Position numbers and translations under genes: made by a program
The notes under the pieces: model-generated
What the model saw: only the letters and a program-made list of their open reading frames with translations
Database searches by the model: none
Told to the model about the DNA's origin: nothing
Shown: in pieces, positions 53,606 through 62,846 of the stretch
How the letters are laid out: every line of letters starts with the position of its first letter
Position numbering within the stretch: the first letter of the stretch is position 1
Assembly (NCBI GenBank): GCA_023248635.1
Contig: JAHFED010000010.1
Span: forward strand, 13,275-77,274
Direction: 5' to 3'
Source of the DNA: Myxococcales bacterium
Lineage (GTDB): Bacteria > Myxococcota > UBA727 > VGSZ01
DNA: 64,000 bases

Positions 53606-55756
53606 ATGAGCTCTAAGGCGTGCAGCACCCGCGTCACCAAGGTCATCGTCCATGGCAATGGCGCGCTCGTCACCCGACGGGGCGTCGTCGCTGGCGGCAG
53701 TCGTGAGGTCTTGATCGAGGGACTGCCGCTGCTCTTTTCGAGCGACACCCTGCGCGTGCGCCCCGTCGGCGAGGGAGGATGCACCGTCGGCGTCGTCGAC
53801 GAAGTGTGCCGCATCGGCGTGACCAGCGCTGCGCCCATCGCGGGGGCTGCCGCCTTGGTCGAGGCCCGGCTCGCCGTCGCCGCCAACGATCAGCGCCGGC
53901 GGGTGATGAAAACCCTGCTGCAACACGCCGACGCGGGGATCGAGCTGCCTCCGGCCGACGTCGAAGGCCTGCCGGACACGGCCTTGCTGCTGCGCCTTTC
54001 CACCGTGAATGCCAAGCGTCGTCGACAGCTGGTGAGCGAAGTGCGCGTGCTCGATGAACAGGCACGGGAGCTCGCCCGCGTCGAGAAACGCGCGGCCCTC
54101 GACGTACGCCCCGACGAAACGCCGCCCCGGATCCTGCGGGGATTGCGGGTCGGTGTCGACGCCAGCGCCGATGCCGAGATCGCGGTCGAGTACTTCGTCG
54201 CCGCCGCCCGCTGGGTCCCTTCCTATGCGCTGCACCTGAGCTCGACTGAGCAAGGCACGCGGGCCCGGCTGGTGTTGGGAGCGTTGGTCGCCCAGGCCAG
54301 TGGCGAAGATTGGGACGACGTCGAGCTGCGGGTGTCGACGGCGGATCTGCGACGAGAGACCACCCTGCCCGTGCTGCACTCCTGGCGCCTGGGTCGCGCC
54401 CAGCCCGCGCGGGCCAAGGGCTTTCGCCCTCTGCCTTCCGATTTGCCGGGGCTCTTTTCGGGCTGGGATCGCTTTCCCCTCGGGCCCGCCAGCGCTCCAC
54501 CGACGACGACCCAGGCGACCAAAGCCACCGGGCGCCGCGCCAGGACCGAGCGGGCCGAAGTCGAAGAAGAAGGCGTCCTGAGCTTGGATGAGCACACCGA
54601 CGCCGCGCTCGCGAAATACGACACCGGGGCGGCCGCTGAACCCGAGCCCTTGGCGGGGAAAAGGAAGGGCGGGGGCGTCTTGGGCGCGGTGATGGCGGCG
54701 TCGGTGGCTCTGCCATCGCAAGCCCAAGCCTTCAGTTCGGCACCGGGTGGTTCTCCCCTGCGCGCCGCCGCCGCCCCCAGCGCGATGCTCTTCAGCAAAG
54801 ACCAGAGTGCCATGCCGCTGCCGCCGCCCGCGCCCAGACCCGTCGTCGTCGACGAGCTGCCCCCTCGCTTGCGCACCAGCTCGCTGCGCATGGCCGCCGC
54901 CGACGAAGGCACGCACCTGCGGGGACTGCTGCTCCCCCTCGATCCTTTGCAGCGCCTGGAGTGGTTGCTCGACGCCGCCGACGTCGCCGCGGGCGATGCA
55001 ACCAAAGCTGAGTTGCGGCGGGCCATCGCTGCCCTCGAGCAGGCGCGACGTCAGCTGCTGGGACGGCCCCTGCCCCGCGGGACCGCCGCCGTGGGCGGCG
55101 GCGGAGCCGCAGCGATCTTTGGCACGGCGGCACTCACGAAAACGAGCATCCCCGGCGATGGCAACGATCACCGTGTGGAGGTCCACGAAGAAGAGGGCGA
55201 CGCCGCCATCTTGCACCTGGCCGTGCCCCGCGAGTCCCTCGATGTGTGGCGGGCCTGTCGTTTCAAGGCCCAGCAGCCCCTGCCGACCGGACCGGTGCAG
55301 GTCTACGAAGAAGGCGCCTTCGTCGTCGCCGGACGCGTGGAAGGCGGCGGCGGCGGCAAGCCTCTCACCTTCAACCTCGGCGTCGATCCCGATGTGCGCA
55401 TCAAGGCTCGCACTCCCCACACGCACCAAAGCGAGAAGGGGCTCATGGGAGGCACGACGCAGATCGAGCAGAAGGTGCTCGTCGAGGTGCGATCGAGCCG
55501 CAAGGTGCCGGTGCGTCTTTCGCTCTACGAGCGCATGCCCATCGTCGAGGAAAACCAGAAAGACGTCGTCGTCTCAGCCTTGACGTCAAAGCCCCCAGCG
55601 GTGCGCACCGACAAGGGGCCCAACGACGAGGAGCTCAAAGGCGGGCTGCGCTTCGACCTCTCGCTCATGCCCGGCGACCTCGCCGTCGTCGAACACAGCT
55701 ACACCATCACCCTGCCGGCCAAGAGCGAGTTGGTCGGTGGCAACCGGCGGGAGTGA
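53606..55756 (+). CDS. DUF4140/DUF4139 family protein (TIGR02231 / mucoidy-inhibitor MuiA-like), paralog 1.
   Basis: N-terminal DUF4140-like beta region (TRVTKVIVHGNGALVTRRGVV...LIEGLPLLFSSDTLRVRPVG). Long Ala/Pro-rich middle. C-terminal DUF4139-like region ending ...VEHSYTITLPAKSEL. Confidence 0.65.
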   Translation: MSSKACSTRVTKVIVHGNGALVTRRGVVAGGSREVLIEGLPLLFSSDTLRVRPVGEGGCTVGVVDEVCRIGVTSAAPIAGAAALVEARLAVAANDQRRRVMKTLLQHADAGIELPPADVEGLPDTALLLRLSTVNAKRRRQLVSEVRVLDEQARELARVEKRAALDVRPDETPPRILRGLRVGVDASADAEIAVEYFVAAARWVPSYALHLSSTEQGTRARLVLGALVAQASGEDWDDVELRVSTADLRRETTLPVLHSWRLGRAQPARAKGFRPLPSDLPGLFSGWDRFPLGPASAPPTTTQATKATGRRARTERAEVEEEGVLSLDEHTDAALAKYDTGAAAEPEPLAGKRKGGGVLGAVMAASVALPSQAQAFSSAPGGSPLRAAAAPSAMLFSKDQSAMPLPPPAPRPVVVDELPPRLRTSSLRMAAADEGTHLRGLLLPLDPLQRLEWLLDAADVAAGDATKAELRRAIAALEQARRQLLGRPLPRGTAAVGGGGAAAIFGTAALTKTSIPGDGNDHRVEVHEEEGDAAILHLAVPRESLDVWRACRFKAQQPLPTGPVQVYEEGAFVVAGRVEGGGGGKPLTFNLGVDPDVRIKARTPHTHQSEKGLMGGTTQIEQKVLVEVRSSRKVPVRLSLYERMPIVEENQKDVVVSALTSKPPAVRTDKGPNDEELKGGLRFDLSLMPGDLAVVEHSYTITLPAKSELVGGNRRE

Positions 55757-55760
55757 GCCC

Positions 55761-57311
55761 ATGACAACCCTCGATCACCGCTTGGAACAGGTCACCATCT
55801 ACGAAGACCGCGCCGACGTCGTCCGCACGGCCGCGATCACTTTGACGTCGGGAGCGCACCCGCTGCGCTTCACCGCGTTGTCGCCCCTCATCGACGAGGA
55901 TCGGCTGGTGGCCCGACTCGAGGGACCAGGACACATCGACGACGTCGTGATTGTGCGCAAGGTGGTCGACGACGGGCTCGACGAGATCCAGGCCCGCCGC
56001 GCCCAACGATCCCGCGAGCGCCAAGCCTTGCAAGCCGAGCTGCAACGGGCCCAGGACGACGTCGACCTCTCCCTGCACGAGCTGCGCGCCACCGAGCAAT
56101 GCCTGCAGTGGTGGGCCAGCGCCAACGCGCGGCGGCTGGGCAAAGGCGAAGGAGGCGACGACGTCGACACCGGCCTCGATGCTGGTTTTGCCGATTTCCA
56201 GAAAAAGCTGGTGCAGGCCGCTGACGTCGTCGACGCTGCCCACGCTGGCCTGAGCTGCGTGCAAGAAGCCCTCAAACAAATCGACGTCGAAGACGCGCGC
56301 CCCGAGCCCACGCGCAAGCGCCGGGTCTGCGACGTGATCGTGCGGGCCTCGTCGACCGGGGGCGAGTGCCGCGTCGTGCTCTCGACGGTGCTCCCCTGTG
56401 CCGCCTGGCGTCCGACCCACGAAGCCCGCCTCCTGCGCTCGGAGGCCAAGGCCACGAGCGTCCGCTTCCTCACCCACGCCGCGGTGTGGAACCGCACCGG
56501 CGAAGACTGGAAGAACGCCAAGCTGGTTTTGTCGACGGCGCGGCCAGCTTTGGGAGCCGAGTTGCCGCCCCTGTCCGAAGACCGCCTGCACCTGCGCCAA
56601 AAGAGTGCCGAAGAACGCAGGACCATCGTCGTCGAGCACCGCACCGAAGCCGTGCCTCCATCGGCCACCCAAGGAGGCGCCCCAGGCGTCGACGACGGCG
56701 GCGAAGCCCGGGTGTTCTCCGTTGCCGCCGCCGACATCCCCGACGACGGCCGTCCTCACCTCGTCGAGCTGGCCTCGTTCGAAGCCCCCTGCACCCTGGC
56801 TCACGTCGCCATCCCCGAGAAAGCGGCGCAGGTGTTCGTGCGCGCCAGCTTCGTCAACAGCGGGCGCGGCCCCATCCTCGCGGGGCCCGTCAACCTTGTC
56901 GACCAGGGCGCGTGGACGGGGACGGGCGACGTCCTTTACACCGGCGCCGGCGACGACCTCGACCTCTCCTTCGGCTCTGACGATCGCTTCGCGGCCAGCA
57001 TCAACAAGCGCTGCATCGTCGAGAAGAAAACGCTGGGCAAAGACATCGAGCACTGGTTGCAAGAGGTGACCGTGACGTCGACGTCGACGACGCCGCAGCA
57101 GGTGTTGGTGCTCTTGCGTTTGCCGGTGTCTGAGCTGGCGCAGGTGAAGGTGCTGCAGTCCCCCCAACACGGCACCGAAGGAGAGCTCAAGCTCGACAGC
57201 CACGGCCTGGCCCGCGTGACGACGACGATCGAACCGGGACGGGAGCGCCGCATCGCCGCTGCCTTCGCCTTCGACACCTCTGGGGACGTGCGCCTGCCGC
57301 CGCCCTGGTGA
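55761..57311 (+). CDS. DUF4140/DUF4139 family protein, paralog 2.
   Basis: LEQVTIYEDRADVVRTAAITLTSGAHPLRFTALSPLIDEDRLVARLEG at the N-terminus has the same pattern as paralog 1. The C-terminal VVLLRLPVSELAQVKVL...GDVRLPPPW region completes it. It starts 5 bp after the paralog-1 stop. Confidence 0.65.
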   Translation: MTTLDHRLEQVTIYEDRADVVRTAAITLTSGAHPLRFTALSPLIDEDRLVARLEGPGHIDDVVIVRKVVDDGLDEIQARRAQRSRERQALQAELQRAQDDVDLSLHELRATEQCLQWWASANARRLGKGEGGDDVDTGLDAGFADFQKKLVQAADVVDAAHAGLSCVQEALKQIDVEDARPEPTRKRRVCDVIVRASSTGGECRVVLSTVLPCAAWRPTHEARLLRSEAKATSVRFLTHAAVWNRTGEDWKNAKLVLSTARPALGAELPPLSEDRLHLRQKSAEERRTIVVEHRTEAVPPSATQGGAPGVDDGGEARVFSVAAADIPDDGRPHLVELASFEAPCTLAHVAIPEKAAQVFVRASFVNSGRGPILAGPVNLVDQGAWTGTGDVLYTGAGDDLDLSFGSDDRFAASINKRCIVEKKTLGKDIEHWLQEVTVTSTSTTPQQVLVLLRLPVSELAQVKVLQSPQHGTEGELKLDSHGLARVTTTIEPGRERRIAAAFAFDTSGDVRLPPPW

Positions 57312-57314
57312 CCC

Positions 57315-58775
57315 ATGGCGACGACGACGACGACGACGACGGATCGTGATCAGCTGCTGTGCTTGGGGGGGCTGGGCGCGGCCGCCTTCGCTGTCATCAC
57401 CGCGGTCCAGCACCACAGCCCCAGCGCCGTCGTCTTCGTGTCGTCCCTCGCCCTCGTCGTCGTCACCATCGTTTTCTTGACCAGCCTGCGTCGACTGCAG
57501 GTCGCCCGCCGCCGCGCCGAGCAGGAGGCGGCCGAGCTGCGGGGGGTGAAGAACTCCCTCGAGGCCACCCTCGTTCAGGCCCGCGCCGCCGCCGCCGCCG
57601 CCGCCCGGGCCAAGACGGCCTTCCTCGCCAACATGAGCCACGAGCTCCGCACCCCGCTGCACGCGATCGTCGGCATCACGGGCCTCATGCGCGAACGAGA
57701 GCGCCCCGCCGACGAGCGCGAGTGGATCGTCACCATCGAGCGCTCCTCAGATGCCTTGCTCGGCGTGCTCAACGATGTGCTCGATCTCGCGCGCCTCGAA
57801 GCCGGGCACCTTCGCATCGAGCAGGGGCCCTGCGCGCCGCGCGCCCTGCTCGATGAAGTCGCACGCTTGGTGCAACCCCAAGTGGCCCAGGCCGGACTGG
57901 TGCTGGTCGTCGACGTCGACGACAACGTCCCGCGCTGGGTCAGCACCGATGCCTTGCGTCTGCGACAGGTGCTCTTGAACCTCGTCGGCAACGCCGTGAA
58001 ATTCTCGGCCCTGCGTCCGGCCGCTCAGCGCTCGGCCCTGAAAGCGGGCGTGGCAGAGGTGCCCGAGGTGCGCGTGCGCCTGCGGCACCGGGGCGGGGGA
58101 ACGCTGCGCTTCGACGTCGTCGACAGCGGCTGTGGCATCGCTGCCGAGCTGCAGACGCGCCTCTTCCAGCCCTTCGTGCAAGGAGACGCTTCTTCGACGC
58201 GCCGGGTGGGCGGGGCCGGACTGGGCCTGGCGATCTCGCGCGAGCTGGTCCAGCTGCTCGGTGGTGACATCGAGGTCGAGAGCACACCGGGGCAGGGAGC
58301 GCGCTTCACGTTCACCATCGAGGCCGCCGAAACAGCCGCACCGCCGACGACGACGCCGACCAGCTCCGAGGTGCCGCACATTCCAGGTGCGGCGACGCTG
58401 CGGGTGCTCGTTGTCGAGGACAACCCCGTGAACCGCGCCGTGATGGAGCTCATGCTTGCTCGCTTGGGCATCAGACCGGTGTGCGTCGACGGCGGGGCTG
58501 CGGCTCTGGTGCATTTGCGCACCCGGCGCGTCGACGTCGTCCTGCTCGACGTGCAGATGCCCGACATTGATGGACTCGAGGTCGCGCGGCAGGTGCGCGC
58601 CGGTCCCATCCCCCACCCTGCGCTGATCGCTGTGACCGCCAACGCCTTGCCCGAAGAAGAGGCCCGCGCCGCCGCTGGCGTCGACGGCTACCTCACCAAA
58701 CCCGTGCGCCTCGAGGTGCTCGCCCAGGCACTCACGCGCGCGCTGACGACGACGAAGCCGCTCACCCCTTCTTGA
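57315..58775 (+). CDS. Hybrid sensor histidine kinase / response regulator.
   Basis: Two N-terminal TM segments, HisKA H-box MSHELRTPL, HATPase_c (N, G1, G2 boxes: DSGCGI, GGAGLGLAI), and a C-terminal receiver (LVVEDNPVNR...LLDVQMPDIDG...YLTKP). Confidence 0.9.
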   Translation: MATTTTTTTDRDQLLCLGGLGAAAFAVITAVQHHSPSAVVFVSSLALVVVTIVFLTSLRRLQVARRRAEQEAAELRGVKNSLEATLVQARAAAAAAARAKTAFLANMSHELRTPLHAIVGITGLMRERERPADEREWIVTIERSSDALLGVLNDVLDLARLEAGHLRIEQGPCAPRALLDEVARLVQPQVAQAGLVLVVDVDDNVPRWVSTDALRLRQVLLNLVGNAVKFSALRPAAQRSALKAGVAEVPEVRVRLRHRGGGTLRFDVVDSGCGIAAELQTRLFQPFVQGDASSTRRVGGAGLGLAISRELVQLLGGDIEVESTPGQGARFTFTIEAAETAAPPTTTPTSSEVPHIPGAATLRVLVVEDNPVNRAVMELMLARLGIRPVCVDGGAAALVHLRTRRVDVVLLDVQMPDIDGLEVARQVRAGPIPHPALIAVTANALPEEEARAAAGVDGYLTKPVRLEVLAQALTRALTTTKPLTPS

Positions 58776-58782
58776 GGTCCCG

Positions 58783-59982
58783 ATGGATTTTGCCCCGCCG
58801 CCAAAGACCCTGGAGCTCGTGGCCCGCTATCGCGCCTTCGTCGACGAGGAATTGCTCAAGCTCGAGCCCCTGGTGCTCGCGAAGCCCTTTGGATCCTGCC
58901 TGCCCGTGCTGAACCAGGCCCGCACCCAAGCCAAAGTGCGTGGACTGTGGGCGCCGCAGATCCCCCAGGAGCACGGCGGCCTGGGCCTCAGCCTCGTCGA
59001 GCTGGCCTTCGTCGGCGAAGCCCTCGGCGGCTGTCCCCTGGGCCATTGGGCGGTGAATTTTCAGCCGCCCGACGCGGGCAACCTCGAGCTGCTGCACCTC
59101 TTTGGCTCCGCGGATCAAAAAGAACGTTTCCTCAAACCCGTCGTCGACGGCGCCGCTCGATCTTGCTTTGCGATGACCGAGCCCGATCGTCCCGGCAGCA
59201 ACCCGACCTGGCTCGAGACCACTGCGCGCAAAGAAGGATCGCAGTGGGTCATCAACGGCCACAAGTGGTTCACCAGCGGGGCCGACGGCGCCGCCTACGC
59301 CATCGTCATGGCCAGCACCAACGACGAGGGAAAACCCCACGAGCGCGCTTCGATGATCCTCGTGCCCATGAGCACGCCGGGGGTTTCGCTGGTGCGAAAT
59401 CTTCCGGTCATGGGTGAGGCCGGCAGCGATTGGGCGAGCCACAGCGAAGTCACCTTCGTCGACGTCAAAGTGCCCTTGTCCCACCTGCTGGGCCAAGAGG
59501 GGCACGGCTTCACGCTGGCCCAAGAGCGCTTGGGTCCGGGGCGCATTCACCACTGCATGCGTTGGCTGGGGATCTGCCAGCGCGCCTTCGAGCTCATGAT
59601 GAAGCGCGCCGTCGACCGGCCCGTGGCGCCCTTTCGCGCCTTGGGGCAGCAGCAGATGGTGCAGCGCTACGTTGCCGAAAGCGCCATCCAAATCGAAGCG
59701 GCGCGCTGGTTGGTGCTCAAGACAGCCTGGGTCATCGACACGCAGGGCCAAAAGGCCGCCCGCGACGACATCGCCATGATCAAGGTGCTGGTCGCGCGCA
59801 CGCTGCAGGACGTGCTCGACAGGGCCATCCAGGTGCACGGAGGCCTCGGTTTGCTCGACGACCTCCCACTGGCTTGGTTCTTCCGCCACGAGCGAGCAGC
59901 GCGCATCTACGACGGCCCCGACGAGGTGCACCTGGCCTCGCTGGCGAAGCGCCTGTTGGGGGCGCGGGGACTGGCACGCTGA
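58783..59982 (+). CDS. Acyl-CoA dehydrogenase family protein (ACAD10/11-like).
   Basis: ACAD fold motifs (CFAMTEPDRPGSNP, GHKWFTSGA, IYDGPDEVH); 399 aa. Confidence 0.85.
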   Translation: MDFAPPPKTLELVARYRAFVDEELLKLEPLVLAKPFGSCLPVLNQARTQAKVRGLWAPQIPQEHGGLGLSLVELAFVGEALGGCPLGHWAVNFQPPDAGNLELLHLFGSADQKERFLKPVVDGAARSCFAMTEPDRPGSNPTWLETTARKEGSQWVINGHKWFTSGADGAAYAIVMASTNDEGKPHERASMILVPMSTPGVSLVRNLPVMGEAGSDWASHSEVTFVDVKVPLSHLLGQEGHGFTLAQERLGPGRIHHCMRWLGICQRAFELMMKRAVDRPVAPFRALGQQQMVQRYVAESAIQIEAARWLVLKTAWVIDTQGQKAARDDIAMIKVLVARTLQDVLDRAIQVHGGLGLLDDLPLAWFFRHERAARIYDGPDEVHLASLAKRLLGARGLAR

Positions 59983-60035
59983 GCACTTGTCGGAGGGAGC
60001 AGGGCGCGCATGCTAGCCGCGTCTGCGGAGGTTCG

Positions 60036-60260
60036 ATGAAGAAGAAGCTCGCCGTGCTGCTGGGGGCCGCCTCGCTCGTCTACATGGTCGTCCCGGATCC
60101 CACCGACGTCGTCCCGATCATCGGCTGGCTCGACGAAGGTGCGGCGGCGGCGCTGCTGCTGTGGTCGATGCGCACGCTGGGCATCACGCCAGGCGCCCTG
60201 ATGGCCAAGCTGAAATCCATGCCGTCGACGACGACGGAGAAGCAGCTGCCGACGACCTAG
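60036..60260 (+). CDS. DUF1232 (YkvA-like) small membrane protein, 74 aa.
   Basis: Motif VPDPTDVVPIIGWLDEG is characteristic of DUF1232. ggag Shine-Dalgarno 6 nt upstream. Confidence 0.6.
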   Translation: MKKKLAVLLGAASLVYMVVPDPTDVVPIIGWLDEGAAAALLLWSMRTLGITPGALMAKLKSMPSTTTEKQLPTT

Positions 60261-60703
60261 CGCTTCCCGATCTTCGCGGCGCGCATCAACACCGCAGCCT
60301 CTCGTGCTCCCTGGGGTCCAACTGCTGGGTAGTAGCCCGGTCGTCGTCCTACCACGCTGAAGCCATGGTGCTCGTAGAGCGCTCTCGCGGCAGCATTGCC
60401 CTCGCGCACCTCCAACCACAGCGCCGCTGACGACGTCGCCCGATCTTTGGCCGCGCTGATCAAGCCTGAGGCGATGCCCGCGCGGCGGTGATCAGGATGC
60501 GTGGCCAGGTTGAGAATCCACAACTCATCGACAATCCGACGCAAGGAGATGTAACCCACCAAAGCAGGAGCAAAGACGCCGAGCACTTCGCCGTCGACGT
60601 GGGCCAGCTCTTCTCGCAGCGCGGCCGATGTCCAGGGGAGCACTTGCGCTGCGCGCTCCAACTCGAGCAACGCCGGCAGGTCGTCGACGCCCAGCCGCCG
60701 CAT
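60257..60703 (-). CDS. rimI: Ribosomal-protein-alanine N-acetyltransferase (GNAT).
   Basis: GNAT motif A (HPDHRRAGIASGL), 148 aa, coupled to the engB stop. Confidence 0.8.
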   Translation of the reverse strand: MRRLGVDDLPALLELERAAQVLPWTSAALREELAHVDGEVLGVFAPALVGYISLRRIVDELWILNLATHPDHRRAGIASGLISAAKDRATSSAALWLEVREGNAAARALYEHHGFSVVGRRPGYYPAVGPQGAREAAVLMRAAKIGKR

Positions 60704-61428
60704 CAAGGGCTTGGAGGAGCGTCGGCGTCGGCGTCGGCGTCTTCGAGCTTGCCCACCGCGCCCAAGATGCGCCCCCACAAGCGGCTGCGCCCCTCGCGGC
60801 TCTCGGACGAGAAGATGACGACGTCGTCGGTGGCGATGCCCAGGGCCTTGGCCAACACCTTGGCGTGCATCTGCTTCTTCGACGCCGGCACCCGATCGGA
60901 TTTGGTGCCGACGACGACACGCTCGCTGGCCAACGACGACAGCTCGTCCCACACGGTGACGTCTTGGGTCGTCGGGGCGTGGCGCAGGTCGAAGAGGTGC
61001 ACGAGCAGCGAGAGGCCTTGGCGTTGCCCCAGGTAGGCCTCGAGCATCACGCCCAGGCGCGCGTGCTCGACCTTGGACATCTTCGCAAAACCGTAGCCCG
61101 GCAGGTCGACCAGGGTCAGGGCCTGTCGTCGTCGTCGCAGCTGCAGCTCCACCCGAAACTGGTTGAGCAGGCGCGTTTGCCCGGGCGTCTTGCTCGTCTT
61201 GACCAGGTTCTTGCGCATCAAGAGCGCGTTCAGCAGCGAGGACTTGCCGACGTTGCTCTTGCCCAAAAACGCGACCTCGGGCGCCTCCACATCGACCGGA
61301 GGCAACAGCTCGAGGCTCGGCGAAGAACGCAAGAACACCGCGTCGGCGACGGCGGCGTCGACGAAGGCCCTTTTGGCTCTCGGCGGTCGAACGTCTGCCT
61401 TTGGCGCTGTGTCTGCGGCGTCGTTCAC
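60703..61428 (-). CDS. engB: Ribosome biogenesis GTP-binding protein EngB/YihA.
   Basis: G1 GKSNVGKSS, G3 DLPGYG, G4 TKSD. The GTG start overlaps the ccsA stop (GTGA). Confidence 0.85.
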   Translation of the reverse strand: MNDAADTAPKADVRPPRAKRAFVDAAVADAVFLRSSPSLELLPPVDVEAPEVAFLGKSNVGKSSLLNALLMRKNLVKTSKTPGQTRLLNQFRVELQLRRRRQALTLVDLPGYGFAKMSKVEHARLGVMLEAYLGQRQGLSLLVHLFDLRHAPTTQDVTVWDELSSLASERVVVGTKSDRVPASKKQMHAKVLAKALGIATDDVVIFSSESREGRSRLWGRILGAVGKLEDADADADAPPSP

Positions 61429-62846
61429 GAAGAGCCGTAGGAGTGCAGGCCATCGGCGAACCAGCCGAGGTTCACCCCGAGGAAGCCGGCCAGGATGATG
61501 AAGAAGCCCAGCACGCCGATGACGGCCGAGGGAACGCCGACCCATCCGTAGGTCACGCGGGCGTGCAGGTAGAGGGCGTAGACAATCCAGATGACCAGGG
61601 CGCCGGTCTCTTTGGGATCCCAGCCCCAATAACGGCCCCAGGCGTAGTGGGCCCAGAGCGCGCCAGTGACGAGGACGACGGCGACCAAGGCGAAAGCGAT
61701 GAGGATGCAGTAGTAGGCCGCGCGATCGAGGCGGGGAGCATCGGGCAGCAGATCACGCATCTCTTTGGGCTTCAACACCGCAAAGAAGACGATGAGCTGG
61801 GCAACCCAGGTGATGCCAAAGAGCGCGAGATCCCATTGGGCCGACTGCAAGGCAAGGCGCCAGGGACCAGGAGGCATCAGCGTCTTCGCCGTCTCCGCCG
61901 CAATCTGCATGTCGGTCTGCGTGAAGGCGTTGATGACGATGAGGGCCACTGTCGCCGTCGTCGCGCCAAAGGCCATGGCAAGTGCGGCCAGGGCCGGACC
62001 GCGGGGGGTGTCGTGCTCCTTGCGCTTCAAGGCCAGCAGCACGATGGCGACGACGGAGGCGACGATGGTCGAGATCATCAGCGAGCCGACGAAGGGCGAG
62101 GGCACGTAGAAGGGCGCGAAATTCTCGCCGACCATGCGGCCCGCGGGGATGAGCTCGCCGCCCATCTCTTTGAGAAGCTTCACCTTGTAGACGCCGGTGG
62201 TGAAGAGCTTGTCCCAGCGGCCGAGCAGCAAGAAGAGCAAGACATTGACGACGAGGGTGCCCGCCGCCAACGACGACAACGTGATTCGCTCTTTGGCCTT
62301 GAGCAAAAAGAGCAAGCTGAACACCGCGCCCATGGTGCCCGATGCATAACCAATGGCCGAGCTGATCACGTGAATCATGATCCACCAGCTCTGCAGAGCG
62401 GGCACCAGGGGCTTGATGGTGGCGTCGGTGGTCAACGAGGCCAGACCCAATGAGGTCAGGGCCAGCGCGAGAGCCAGCACGCCGGCACCGCGGATGCGGA
62501 ACTTCACTTCGGAGACAAGGAAGACGAAGACGATGCCCCACGCCATGTAGACCAGGATTTCGTAGAGGTTCGACCAGGGCGGGTGCTGCGTGTAGACGAC
62601 GAAGCGCTGGGCTCCGACGAGGGTGAGCCCGGTGGCACGCTCGGCGGCCGCCAGCTCGACGAGCCCGGCTTCGTGCCAGCGCGTGATCATGCCGCCGACC
62701 TGGGTGAGGAAGGCCGCAGCCACCGTCAACGTCGCTGCCTTCCGGATCATCGCCCTCTTGGTCATCAGGTGGAGCAGGAAGAGCCCCAGCCCCGCGAAGT
62801 AGCCCGCGAAGCAGAGGTTGTAGAAGAACGTGCTCGAGAGGGTCAT
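61425..62846 (-). CDS. ccsA: Cytochrome c-type biogenesis protein CcsA (ResC).
   Basis: Polytopic membrane protein with the WWD-domain signature WGRYWGWDPKETGAL. Confidence 0.9.
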   Translation of the reverse strand: MTLSSTFFYNLCFAGYFAGLGLFLLHLMTKRAMIRKAATLTVAAAFLTQVGGMITRWHEAGLVELAAAERATGLTLVGAQRFVVYTQHPPWSNLYEILVYMAWGIVFVFLVSEVKFRIRGAGVLALALALTSLGLASLTTDATIKPLVPALQSWWIMIHVISSAIGYASGTMGAVFSLLFLLKAKERITLSSLAAGTLVVNVLLFLLLGRWDKLFTTGVYKVKLLKEMGGELIPAGRMVGENFAPFYVPSPFVGSLMISTIVASVVAIVLLALKRKEHDTPRGPALAALAMAFGATTATVALIVINAFTQTDMQIAAETAKTLMPPGPWRLALQSAQWDLALFGITWVAQLIVFFAVLKPKEMRDLLPDAPRLDRAAYYCILIAFALVAVVLVTGALWAHYAWGRYWGWDPKETGALVIWIVYALYLHARVTYGWVGVPSAVIGVLGFFIILAGFLGVNLGWFADGLHSYGSS

